Shown here in pieces: positions 1-8,378 of a stretch of 41,201 nucleotides of DNA. This DNA comes from a virus (Duplodnaviria > Caudoviricetes), in IMG/VR virus record IMGVR_UViG_3300048599_000883, positions 1 to 41,201 of that record; one strand, 5' to 3'. The notes below the pieces were generated by a model. It was not told the origin of the DNA, made no database searches, and worked only from the letters and a program-made list of their open reading frames with translations. How positions within the stretch are numbered: the first letter of the stretch is position 1; each line of letters starts with the position of its first letter. The position numbers were made by a program, and so were the translations under genes.

Positions 1-1218
1 ATGGCGGGGTCGAAGCGAGAGCGGCCGAAGGGCTCAGGGCGGTGGGAGCTCCGGGTCTACCTCGGTGTCGAGAACGGGAAGAAGCGCTGGGCGTCGCGGG
101 TGCACCGCGGCGACGCGAAGAGCGCCGAACTTGAGCTCGCCCGCATGACCGTGCGCGCCGCCGACGGGGAGTACTCCGCTCCGCCGGCACCCGACCCGGA
201 CGACCCGACGCTACGCGAGTGGCTCGAGGACTGGTACGCCCGCGAGTCGCCCGAGTGGTCACCGACGTCGGCCAGCACCGCGCGGTCGCACATCGACAAC
301 CACATCACGCCCGGGCTCGGCGATCGCCGGCTCACCGAGATCCGCCTGCGCGACGTCGAGCTCTGGCTGCGCTCGCTGCGCGACAAGGGCCTCAAGCCCT
401 CGACACAGCTGCGCGTGTTCGGCGTGCTCCGGAGCTCTCTCGACCAGGCCGAACGCTGGGAGCTCATCGACCGCAACCCAGCGGCCCGCGCCGACCTGCC
501 CGAGGTCCGCTACGAGGAGCCGAACTGGCCCGGCGTCGACGACCTGCTCACCGCGCTCCGGCTCGCAGCGAACGAGCACGAGCGCACGCTGATCTGGCTC
601 GCCGCCGCGACCGGCGGCCGCCGTGGCCAGCTCGTCGCGCTCCGCTGGTCCGACTTCGACCTCGACGAGCAGCTGCTCACGTTCCACCGCGGTGTCATCA
701 AGGTCGACGGCGGCACCCAGATCAAGGCCCCGAAGGCCGGGAAGCCGATCACGCTGCCGATCGACGAGCTCACCGTCGACGTCGTGAAGCGCTACCGCCG
801 GCACCGCCAGGAGTTCGCGCTGTCCGCCGGCGTCGGCCGGCTGAAGCCGAGCTCGTACCTCTTCGCCCGCGACCCCTCGGGCATCGAGTGCTGGTACCCA
901 GACCGCGCCACGAAGATCTGGGACCGGATCCGTAACGCCCGCGCGGAGCCCGCCGACGGCCGGGAGCAGGGCGAGCTGCTCGCGCCCGGGCTGCAGGGCA
1001 CGCGGCTGCACGACCTGCGCCATGCCCACGCCTCGCTGCTGATCATGGACGGAGCCCCGCGGCGCACGGTGGGCGACCGGCTCGGCCACTCCCAGCTGGC
1101 GACCCTCGACCGGTACAGCCACGGCGTCGACGAGGTCGCTCGAGCAGCCGCGCGCCGGATCGGCGAGCTGCTCGCCGGCGGCGCAGCGGCGTGGCCAACC
1201 GAGGGGTCCGGCACGTAG
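1..1218 (+). CDS. int: Tyrosine integrase
   Basis: TGGRRGQ (catalytic R), HDLRH and LGHS...Y motifs; N-terminal arm-binding-like and SAM-like domains; 405 aa. Confidence 0.97.
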   Translation: MAGSKRERPKGSGRWELRVYLGVENGKKRWASRVHRGDAKSAELELARMTVRAADGEYSAPPAPDPDDPTLREWLEDWYARESPEWSPTSASTARSHIDNHITPGLGDRRLTEIRLRDVELWLRSLRDKGLKPSTQLRVFGVLRSSLDQAERWELIDRNPAARADLPEVRYEEPNWPGVDDLLTALRLAANEHERTLIWLAAATGGRRGQLVALRWSDFDLDEQLLTFHRGVIKVDGGTQIKAPKAGKPITLPIDELTVDVVKRYRRHRQEFALSAGVGRLKPSSYLFARDPSGIECWYPDRATKIWDRIRNARAEPADGREQGELLAPGLQGTRLHDLRHAHASLLIMDGAPRRTVGDRLGHSQLATLDRYSHGVDEVARAAARRIGELLAGGAAAWPTEGSGT

Positions 1219-1256
1219 CTCGGTACGCTCGACCCTCGAGGAAGGGATGGGAGCCG

Positions 1257-1727
1257 ATGACCGACGCGCACGCGGACCGATCGAAGGCACAGGGGCCCGG
1301 CTGGTGGAAACACACCGATGACCTCTGGTACGGGCCCGACGAGACCACACCAGACGGATCCACCGCTCCGTGGAAGCAGCAGCCGGCACCGCGCCGCAAC
1401 GCCGTGGTCTGGATCGTCGCCGGCGTGCTCGGCGTCGGCATCATGGTGCTGATCCTCGGCCGGGCGGGAGACGAGGCCTCGACATCGGTGAAGAGCTACG
1501 AGGCGGAGTCGATCTGCGAGCAGTTCATCGACGACCGCCTGAAGGCCCCGGCGTCGGCTGACTACACGTTCACCGCGACGATCGAGAGTGCCGGCACCTG
1601 GACGGCGCGGGGCCACGTCGACGCTGAGAACGGGTTCGGTGCCCAGATCCGCTCCGAGTTCCGCTGCAAGGTGACCCCGGACGACGGGACCGACCGGTGG
1701 CGACTCGAGGACCTGCAGCTCAGCTGA
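1257..1727 (+). CDS. Membrane-anchored protein, possible superinfection-exclusion or lysogenic conversion factor
   Basis: ATG at 1257; PGWW...WYGP N-terminus, one TM helix (AVVWIVAGVLGVGIMVLILG), extracytoplasmic domain with C...LKAP...VDAENGFGA...C. Confidence 0.8.
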   Translation: MTDAHADRSKAQGPGWWKHTDDLWYGPDETTPDGSTAPWKQQPAPRRNAVVWIVAGVLGVGIMVLILGRAGDEASTSVKSYEAESICEQFIDDRLKAPASADYTFTATIESAGTWTARGHVDAENGFGAQIRSEFRCKVTPDDGTDRWRLEDLQLS

Positions 1728-1766
1728 CCGGGGCGGGCTGTCACAGCTGGTCGGCATGCTCCTTCG

Positions 1767-1985
1767 GTGGAAGCACCTGCAGCTGGTGAGACGGTGATCG
1801 CTCGAGACCGGGTCAGCCCGGGCGAGACGACCTGCGAGATCCACGGCCGCGAGCACACGGTGGTGTTCGAGTACGGCCGTCCATCGTCGGGCGGCCGCCG
1901 CGTGCATCTGGTGCGGGAGCTCGACCGCGGCTCGATCGATCTCGGCGTCGAGCTCGGCCGGCTTGAGGTCGTCAGCCGGGGTTGA
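1767..1985 (+). CDS. Hypothetical protein (72 aa)
   Basis: High third-position GC; CATGCT six nt before GTG suggests a leaderless start; converges on the xis-like gene. Confidence 0.5.
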   Translation: MEAPAAGETVIARDRVSPGETTCEIHGREHTVVFEYGRPSSGGRRVHLVRELDRGSIDLGVELGRLEVVSRG

Positions 1986-2172
1986 TGTCCAGGCCGAGGC
2001 TGCGCCTGAGCACGGCGGTTGAGACTCGGATCTTCTTGCCGATGCGGATGATGCCCGGGATGTCCCCGCGCTTCGCTGCCTCGTAGGTCGCAGCTCGCCC
2101 GAGCCCGTAGGCCTGGCCCACGTCTGGCCAGAGCGGCACGGTTGGTTGGTCTTCCGGCATCGGGAGCGGCAT
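1972..2172 (-). CDS. Excisionase-like helix-turn-helix protein (66 aa)
   Basis: VGQAYGLGRAATYEAAKRGDIPGIIRIGKKIRVSTAVL is a typical HTH_17/Xis winged helix; ATG at 2172. Confidence 0.85.
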   Translation of the reverse strand: MPLPMPEDQPTVPLWPDVGQAYGLGRAATYEAAKRGDIPGIIRIGKKIRVSTAVLRRSLGLDINPG

Positions 2173-2207
2173 CTGGTGATGATCTCTGACGGGTCGTCCG
2201 GCGTCAC
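2173..2207 (-). promoter_or_regulatory. Leaderless sigma70-type promoter of the xis-like gene, with an inverted repeat
   Basis: Minus strand GTGACG-N17-GATCAT-N6-ATG; TGACG...CGTCA inverted repeat overlaps the -35 element and spacer. Confidence 0.5.
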
Positions 2208-2241
2208 GATGGAATCCCACTACATCGGTGCCCGGACGCGC

Positions 2242-2284
2242 AGAAGCCCCCGCCACCGTGCCCTGCTGAGGCGGGTGGCGGGGG
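2242..2284 (-). terminator. Intrinsic terminator of the late/lysis operon
   Basis: 11-bp stem CCCCCGCCACC (2247-2257) / GGTGGCGGGGG (2274-2284), followed on the minus strand by CTTCT, downstream of the holin. Confidence 0.7.
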
Positions 2285-2338
2285 ACTCCAGTAGCAACCA
2301 CGCAGCTGGTCTGCGCCCACCCGGGGGGTGGGGTGGTC

Positions 2339-2743
2339 TCAGCCCGCGGCGAACGGCGGCGGTCCGCCGTCGTGCTTGCCGCGAAGCCGCAGGTCCTCGG
2401 TGACCGGGCCGAGCCCCCTCGTCGGGGCCAGGTGGTCGTTGATGTTCAGTGATCTGAAGAACCCGGCGTACGTGGCGATCGCCACCAGCCAGTTCGCGGC
2501 GGCGAGTATCAGGGTCTCGAGGGAGAACACGGCCGAGCCGTCGGCGAGCGTCGACTGCACGATCAGCGCAGCGGCACCGGCGAGCACGATCGTGATCGCC
2601 TGCTTGAGCCCGGGTGACGCTCCGGATCTGGTGACGAGGCCCACCAGGATCGGGATGAGCGTGCCCGTGAGCAGCGTCACCACGATCGGGGTGAGCGTGA
2701 TGGTCGTCGCGATTGCGACGGCCAGCAGGGTGTACAGGGACAT
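2339..2743 (-). CDS. Holin
   Basis: 134 aa with several hydrophobic helices and a charged C-terminus; AGGAGG RBS; directly follows the endolysin. Confidence 0.8.
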   Translation of the reverse strand: MSLYTLLAVAIATTITLTPIVVTLLTGTLIPILVGLVTRSGASPGLKQAITIVLAGAAALIVQSTLADGSAVFSLETLILAAANWLVAIATYAGFFRSLNINDHLAPTRGLGPVTEDLRLRGKHDGGPPPFAAG

Positions 2744-2789
2744 GGGGTGACCTCCTGGTCGTTGACGGGTTGGAGAGCGGGCGGGCTGC

Positions 2790-3584
2790 TCAGATCGGTG
2801 TGGCACCGGGGAGGAGCCGAGTGCCGTTGAACTCGCCCCAGGTCATGGGCTTGGGGCGGACGTTGCCGGCGGCGTCGGTCAGGACGTCCTTGGCCACGCC
2901 GACGCGGTGCAGCGCGTTGGCCTTCGCCGGCGACGAGAGCGGCAGGGCTTCGAACCCGTCGAAGAGGAACCAGGTGTCGGAGCTGATGGTGCCTGGCGGG
3001 TCGGTGATGTGGATGATGGTGGAGCTGCGCATGTCGTCGTCCTCCTGGGGGATCGTGAACGTCGGGGGTGGGAGAGGCGGTGTCGCCGGCGCCTGGTGAG
3101 CGATGTGCGAGGCGGCGAGCATCGCCACCAGGAACCGGGCCTCGGACACGGAGCCTCGGAACTCGAAGTGCATGGGGTCGGGCCGCTTGGTCCAACGGCC
3201 TCCCCACTCGAAGCCGTAGGCCTCGAACAGATCCACGATCCACTGCGGCGGACGGCGACGGATCTGGCCGATCGGGTACTCCTGGGCGTCGATGTCGCCG
3301 GCGAGACCCCAGCTGTGGTTCGACGGGACCGGGTAGCGATCGTTCTCGGTGCCGCGCACCGGTCGACTGGAGAACCCCCAGTCGTCGTCGGTGTCCTCGG
3401 GCCCGTGGTCGAACAGGTAGCCGCGCCGCTCGGCCTCGTCGACGATGAACCGCCAGATCGGCCCGATCTCGTGGTGGAGCCACCAGCGGGCGCCAGAGAT
3501 CCTCGCCTGCACGACGCGCTGGTCCGTCTGTCGGTTCGTTGGCCAGCCCGAGCCCCAGCCGCGCAGGTTCGCTGGTGTGCTCAT
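2790..3584 (-). CDS. Endolysin, M15-family peptidase with a C-terminal domain
   Basis: R...SNHSWGLAGDID, FEWGGRW and DPMHFE zinc-peptidase motifs; Pro-rich linker before a C-terminal domain. Confidence 0.92.
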   Translation of the reverse strand: MSTPANLRGWGSGWPTNRQTDQRVVQARISGARWWLHHEIGPIWRFIVDEAERRGYLFDHGPEDTDDDWGFSSRPVRGTENDRYPVPSNHSWGLAGDIDAQEYPIGQIRRRPPQWIVDLFEAYGFEWGGRWTKRPDPMHFEFRGSVSEARFLVAMLAASHIAHQAPATPPLPPPTFTIPQEDDDMRSSTIIHITDPPGTISSDTWFLFDGFEALPLSSPAKANALHRVGVAKDVLTDAAGNVRPKPMTWGEFNGTRLLPGATPI

Positions 3585-3883
3585 CGGTCCTCCCGTGTGA
3601 CGGCGCGCTCGACGTCGGTGATCCGCTCGTGGACAGGCTTCGATTTGCCGTTCGGGCCGAGGTGGTAGCGGGTGTAGTCCTTGTGCTCCTCGAGCGACTT
3701 GGTCACCTCGAGCTGCTCGGCGCGGACGTCGTTGAGGTCCTCCCGCATCGATCGCACCCCGGCCTCGATGCCGCGGGCGAGCCAGCGCTGCCCGATCCCG
3801 GTCAGCTTCTCGAAGACGGTCAGCGCGCCGACGACGACGCCGAGCACGACACCGATCCCTCCGAACACCTCGATCCAGTTCAC
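3581..3883 (-). CDS. Lysis-cassette membrane protein (N-terminal TM plus coiled coil)
   Basis: Hydrophobic N-terminus and coiled coil; overlaps the endolysin start; AAGGAAGG RBS. Confidence 0.7.
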   Translation of the reverse strand: MNWIEVFGGIGVVLGVVVGALTVFEKLTGIGQRWLARGIEAGVRSMREDLNDVRAEQLEVTKSLEEHKDYTRYHLGPNGKSKPVHERITDVERAVTREDR

Positions 3884-3899
3884 GATCTGCCTTCCTTGG

Positions 3900-4676
3900 T
3901 CATCCCCATGCGTGCCCTCGGACCCACCCGCGGCCGGCGTCGCCTGGGCGGATGCCGACCCAGCCGGTCACTGTGAAGTTCGTCGAGGACCACATCGAGT
4001 GGTCGGGTGCGGCGAAGCCCTCGACGGGCCCGCCTGGGAGCGTCACGGCCTTGCAGGTGGGGTGCGGGCCGTTCGCCCGGTAGGTGACCGGCGCAGAGCC
4101 GACGCGGACGGCGTGGAGCCCTGCGACGACCTCGGTGAGCGACCCTGAGCTGTCCTGCATCGGGAACCAGGCGTTCGGCGCGTCGTCGGCGACGGCCTCT
4201 TCGTAGGCCTCGATGCCGAGGCTCATGGCGCCGCGGTGCTCGGCGATCCGGGAGTCGGCCAACGCTCGGGACCAGAACGAGACCTGGGTGATCTGGCCGT
4301 CCCAGGAGCCGTTGCCGTAGGGGTGGAACCCGATGTTGAACGTGCCCGAACCGTTCGCCTGGCGGTCATCGCCGCTGTTGCTCGCCGCGCCGATCGACAC
4401 GCCATCGACGAACAGGCTGAGCGTCTCCGCGGAGAGGCGCATCGCGACGTGGTGCCAGGCGCCGATCGTGGGGCGGCCGCCGAACCGGTTGCGATACCCG
4501 GTGTCCCAGATGTCGTTGACGCGGGCGATCCATTGCCCGGCGGGCGACGAGGGGATGCCGGTGCCGCCAGGTCCGGCGCCGGCGGCGATGAGTTGCCACT
4601 CTGCCGGTGGGGTGACCGACGCCTTCGTCCAGACGTAGCGCCGCGAGCCGTCGGGGAGTCCGCTCTCCTCGCTCAT
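3900..4676 (-). CDS. Minor tail protein with a LamG/ConA-like domain (candidate receptor-binding protein)
   Basis: WHHVA...LFVDG...FNIG...WDGQITQVSFWSRAL motifs; ATG at 4676 overlaps the upstream stop. Confidence 0.8.
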   Translation of the reverse strand: MSEESGLPDGSRRYVWTKASVTPPAEWQLIAAGAGPGGTGIPSSPAGQWIARVNDIWDTGYRNRFGGRPTIGAWHHVAMRLSAETLSLFVDGVSIGAASNSGDDRQANGSGTFNIGFHPYGNGSWDGQITQVSFWSRALADSRIAEHRGAMSLGIEAYEEAVADDAPNAWFPMQDSSGSLTEVVAGLHAVRVGSAPVTYRANGPHPTCKAVTLPGGPVEGFAAPDHSMWSSTNFTVTGWVGIRPGDAGRGWVRGHAWG

Positions 4677-7600
4677 TGCCAGGGGAGCCTTCCTGTGGGT
4701 TCGACGCGCGCCGCCGATGCTTCGACAGCGATGACGGCCACCTCGAGCAGGCCGCCGCCGGCGCCCTTGTCGGCCAGCTCGAAGTGGAGCGTGTCGCCGG
4801 CGACGAAGGTGTGCGCCATGGCCAGCCAGATCGTCTGGTGCACGCCTGCGGGGATCCAGATCGGCACGTCGACCTGAACCCCGTTCTTCATCATCCGGAT
4901 CGTCAGGTCCGACGTGAGGGTCCCCATGCACGTGGCCCGGATCCAGGTGAGTCGAACCGGCCGGTCGAACGTCTCCGGCGTCGAGCGGCCCTTGAGCGGG
5001 TCGTCGTTCATGTCGAACAGCTCGCTCTGGGCGAACGGTGCGATTTGGTAGCGGCGCACCACACCGGAGGTGACACCGGTGGAGAGCCACCTGGTCGGCG
5101 TCGCGCCCCGCGAGCCGCCGGCGAGCGTGCCGGTGACCCCGCGGTTCAGCATCGCAGCGGCACGCTCTTCCTCGGTTTCGAGGCGGGTGTGCATCTCGGG
5201 GGTAGTGGTGGCGCGCCCGTCGCTGTCCTCGACGGCCCGGATCCGAACGACGCGACCCGGTTCGGCTCCGGGGAGGGTGATCGTGTCGCCGGTGCGGAAA
5301 GCCCGGTAGGCGGACACGTCGTGGCTCAGCCCTGTGAGCGCTGTGACGATCCGGACGGACTGGCCACCGGCGGCGAGCCGTGCGAGCTCGGCGTCTGCCT
5401 CGGCGATCGCCGCGGTGAGCTCGCGGGTGTCGGCCAGGTCGAGGTCCTCCTCGATCGCTCCGTCGGCGGCGACTCGGGCGGGGTCGGAGCGGACGAACTC
5501 GCCATCGGCCCACGTGACACGGAGCCTGTTCGGCTGCGCCGCGCGGACCTCGCGCTCGAGGCGCTGCAGCGCGTTCGTGCCGTCGACCTGGACCACCGTC
5601 GCGGAGCCCTTGCCGTGGTCGCCCCAGACGTGGAACCGGAGCCCGGGCGCCGCGGCGGACTCGTAGCCGAGGCCGTGCGCCCTGCGGAGCACGTCCCAGA
5701 CCTCGTCGTTCTGGCGGACGGTGGTCTCGGTGTTCAGCGGCCACGGCCGGCCACCGGAGTCGAGGGTCGCGGTGAACGTCGGTGTGAACGCCGCCGGGAT
5801 CGACTCGCGGGCCTTCCCTTCGGCGATCAGCTGCAGCAGGATCGTGCCCCACGACGGAGCGGGGATCGTCGCTGGGTTGTCGAGGCACCACCAGTTCGTG
5901 GTGTCGGACGACATGACGAGCGTCGCCGAGCTGAGCGGGGTGCCCTCACCGTTGACCAGGTGGTGCAGGTTCACCGACACGCAGTGCTCGAGGTTGAACG
6001 TGGCCAGCGTGCCCGGCGCCCAGGACAGGTCGACCATCTGGCCCTTGTCGACCTTGATGCCGATGCGGTGCGTGCCGGCGGTCGCTTGGAACGTCACGCC
6101 GACCGGTTCCCGCCAGGCGTTCGCTGGCGCTGGTGCGGACTGCTCGACCTTGATCCCGTCGATGAAGATCTCGACCTGGTGACAGGCCGCGACCCACAGC
6201 TGGTAGAGGCCATCCGCGGGGAAGGTCGTGTCGCTGACGAACAGGCCGGTGCGCGGCGCCAGGCTCCGGACGTGCGAGCTCGAGATGATCGCGGTCGACG
6301 CGACGGGCCAGCCGTCCGGCGGGAGCCACGGGGTGAACCACGGCGGATCGGTGTTCGGGATGCGCCACGAGTACGAGATGGTCAGCTGTCGGCCGACGGG
6401 CCGAGACCAGCCGGCGAGGCTCATCTCGGGCGAGTGCCATGCGAACGTGCGCAGCGACGACGCCGGCTTCGACCCGACGCCGCCCCACGAGCGGACCTTG
6501 GAGCGGCGCAGCCAGACCCGCGGGTCGGTGACCTTGATCGTGCGCCGGAGCGCATCGCCGCTCAGGGCGTGCTCCACGGTCTTCCCTGGGGCGTTGATGC
6601 GGCCGGTCCAGGCCCAGTCGCCTCGCAGGTGGAAGCGGAGGTGTCGGCCCTCGGTCAGCTGGTCGGCCGCGGTGCGCTCGGCGGTGGTGCCGGTGAGGAC
6701 CTGCAGCTCGCCGGTGCCGAGCTCGACGATGTCGTCGAGCCACTCGCGCGAGCCGCGCACGCACGACACCGTGGCGATCTTGGTGGCGTCGGCTTCGTCC
6801 CACAGCTCGACGGTGATGTCGTCGACCTGGTCGAACGGCTCCGCCGGTGGCGAGGGGAACACGAGCCGTGCGCCGAACCCTCGTGACGCCGCGCCGGCCT
6901 GTGGCATCTCGAACACGGTCGGTCCGAACGACACCACGGGCCCGTGCGCGGTAGAGGGGAGCCGTGGGGCGGGGCCCTCGAGGATGAGGCCGACCTCGGA
7001 GATCTCGACGTCGTGGGTTGCGGTGTCGGTCATCGAGTCGTTGTCGGTGACCGTGAGCGTGATCGTGTAGGTGCCCGGGGTGGTGTAGGTGTGCGAGGTG
7101 GTCGATCCGGAGCCGGGCGGGGTGCTGTCGCCGAAGTCCCAGGACCACGAGACGATCGTGCCGTCGCTGTCGGTGGATCCGGTGCCGTCGACGTCGAAGG
7201 GCACGAGAACCGTGCCGGTGCCGGCGGCGGTGATGTCGGCGACCGGGTCGATGCCGGCGGTGAAGTAGGTGTTGTCGATCCAGTCGTACAGCGCGGTGCG
7301 GTCGCCGGCGCTGAGCGTGGCGTCGAGCACCGCGAGGAACGCGATCCGACCGTCGAAGAAGAACTGGGTGGAGGTGCGGGTCAGCGCACCCATGACGAAG
7401 TTGTCGCGGCTGCCGGTGTCGCCGAACCAGTCGCCGGTGTTCGAACCGCCGGACACCGTGAGGGTCTCGGCGACGTTGTCGATCCGGAGCGCGTAGGCGG
7501 ATCCGGTCGAGGACCACTCGGCGACCATCGCCGAGGTGGTCATGACCGTCGCGCCGCGGACAGCGTCGCCGGTGTCGGCGTTGGCCTGGTTGATCTGCAG

Positions 7601-7972
7601 CCGGCCGGACGCGTCGCCGGTGCCGAGCAGCCACCGGTTCGTCGAGGACGTGTCGGCCGAGGACCAGGAGATCGTGGTGTTGTTGTTGGTTGGCTGGTCG
7701 TGGGCGAGCACGGCGATGACGCAGCCGCCGGTGGCCGAGGTCAGCGCTGATGCGAGGGTGAGGAAGTCGGCGGCGCCGTCGAACTCGACACACGGCTGGG
7801 ACAGCGCAGCGAAGCCCGAGGCGCGCATCGTCGGCCGTGCGCCGCCCGACTGGGTGAGCGTGTGGCCGTTGACCCGGTCGACCCACGAGTCGACCGGGTC
7901 ACCATCGCTGTAGGCGAGGTCGCCTGCCCACCACACCCCGACGGTGGAGGTGAGCGCCGGAGGGGCTGCCAT
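4673..7972 (-). CDS. Large minor tail/hub protein with N-terminal lectin-like and PKD domains (1099 aa)
   Basis: ATG at 7972; LamG-like N-terminus; clear PKD motif (DSDGTIVSWSWDFGD...HTYTTPGTYTITLTVTD); remainder resembles siphovirus hub/Tal proteins (GDTITL...VVRI). Confidence 0.85.
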   Translation of the reverse strand: MAAPPALTSTVGVWWAGDLAYSDGDPVDSWVDRVNGHTLTQSGGARPTMRASGFAALSQPCVEFDGAADFLTLASALTSATGGCVIAVLAHDQPTNNNTTISWSSADTSSTNRWLLGTGDASGRLQINQANADTGDAVRGATVMTTSAMVAEWSSTGSAYALRIDNVAETLTVSGGSNTGDWFGDTGSRDNFVMGALTRTSTQFFFDGRIAFLAVLDATLSAGDRTALYDWIDNTYFTAGIDPVADITAAGTGTVLVPFDVDGTGSTDSDGTIVSWSWDFGDSTPPGSGSTTSHTYTTPGTYTITLTVTDNDSMTDTATHDVEISEVGLILEGPAPRLPSTAHGPVVSFGPTVFEMPQAGAASRGFGARLVFPSPPAEPFDQVDDITVELWDEADATKIATVSCVRGSREWLDDIVELGTGELQVLTGTTAERTAADQLTEGRHLRFHLRGDWAWTGRINAPGKTVEHALSGDALRRTIKVTDPRVWLRRSKVRSWGGVGSKPASSLRTFAWHSPEMSLAGWSRPVGRQLTISYSWRIPNTDPPWFTPWLPPDGWPVASTAIISSSHVRSLAPRTGLFVSDTTFPADGLYQLWVAACHQVEIFIDGIKVEQSAPAPANAWREPVGVTFQATAGTHRIGIKVDKGQMVDLSWAPGTLATFNLEHCVSVNLHHLVNGEGTPLSSATLVMSSDTTNWWCLDNPATIPAPSWGTILLQLIAEGKARESIPAAFTPTFTATLDSGGRPWPLNTETTVRQNDEVWDVLRRAHGLGYESAAAPGLRFHVWGDHGKGSATVVQVDGTNALQRLEREVRAAQPNRLRVTWADGEFVRSDPARVAADGAIEEDLDLADTRELTAAIAEADAELARLAAGGQSVRIVTALTGLSHDVSAYRAFRTGDTITLPGAEPGRVVRIRAVEDSDGRATTTPEMHTRLETEEERAAAMLNRGVTGTLAGGSRGATPTRWLSTGVTSGVVRRYQIAPFAQSELFDMNDDPLKGRSTPETFDRPVRLTWIRATCMGTLTSDLTIRMMKNGVQVDVPIWIPAGVHQTIWLAMAHTFVAGDTLHFELADKGAGGGLLEVAVIAVEASAARVEPTGRLPWQ

Positions 7973-7973
7973 G

Positions 7974-8378
7974 TCAGTAGGCGATGCCGTTCGGCCACTC
8001 GAAGCGGACGTCGGGGTGGGTCGTGGTGGAGAACGACAGCGGGCCACCGGCCCACGTCTCGTCTGCCCAGACGATCAGTGGCGACGTCGCTGCGCTGCCG
8101 GTGTCCTTGTAGATCGCGTAGCCCTGCACGGTCTTCGCGGTGGTGAGCCCGGTGAACGTGACCGGGTCTGCGAACAGCACGCCTGCCGGCGAGGACTTCC
8201 CGGTGAGGTTCCCCGAGGTGGCGATGCGGTCCCCGGCCGAGATCGACGAGAGAAACTGGTGGGCCTCGGAGTAGACGTAGGTCTCGTCGACCAGGACGAG
8301 CTTGATGTTGTCGACGAGCCAGTCGATGTCGGCGTCCTTGAACGCCTTGCGGGCCAACGGGTACACGGCAGCGGTCAC
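7974..8378 (-). CDS. Minor tail protein
   Basis: IDWLVDNIKLVLVD...FADPVTF...IYKDTG...PLI pattern of a common phage structural family; located in the tail operon. Confidence 0.75.
   Translation of the reverse strand: MTAAVYPLARKAFKDADIDWLVDNIKLVLVDETYVYSEAHQFLSSISAGDRIATSGNLTGKSSPAGVLFADPVTFTGLTTAKTVQGYAIYKDTGSAATSPLIVWADETWAGGPLSFSTTTHPDVRFEWPNGIAY

Noticed and set aside
792-2207. 471-aa minus-strand ORF across the integrase 3' half
   Set aside because: Overlaps three better-supported plus-strand genes and the xis-like gene; low-complexity translation.
1728-2338. attP core near the integrase
   Set aside because: No tRNA-like core or arm-type repeats recognised, and no host sequence is available for comparison.
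4677-5891. N-terminal extension making the LamG ORF 663 aa
   Set aside because: Arg/Pro-rich off-frame overlap with the hub gene; the coupled ATG at 4676 is the credible start.
3900-7972. Diversity-generating retroelement or invertible tail-fibre switch
   Set aside because: No reverse transcriptase, invertase or duplicated template/variable repeat seen.
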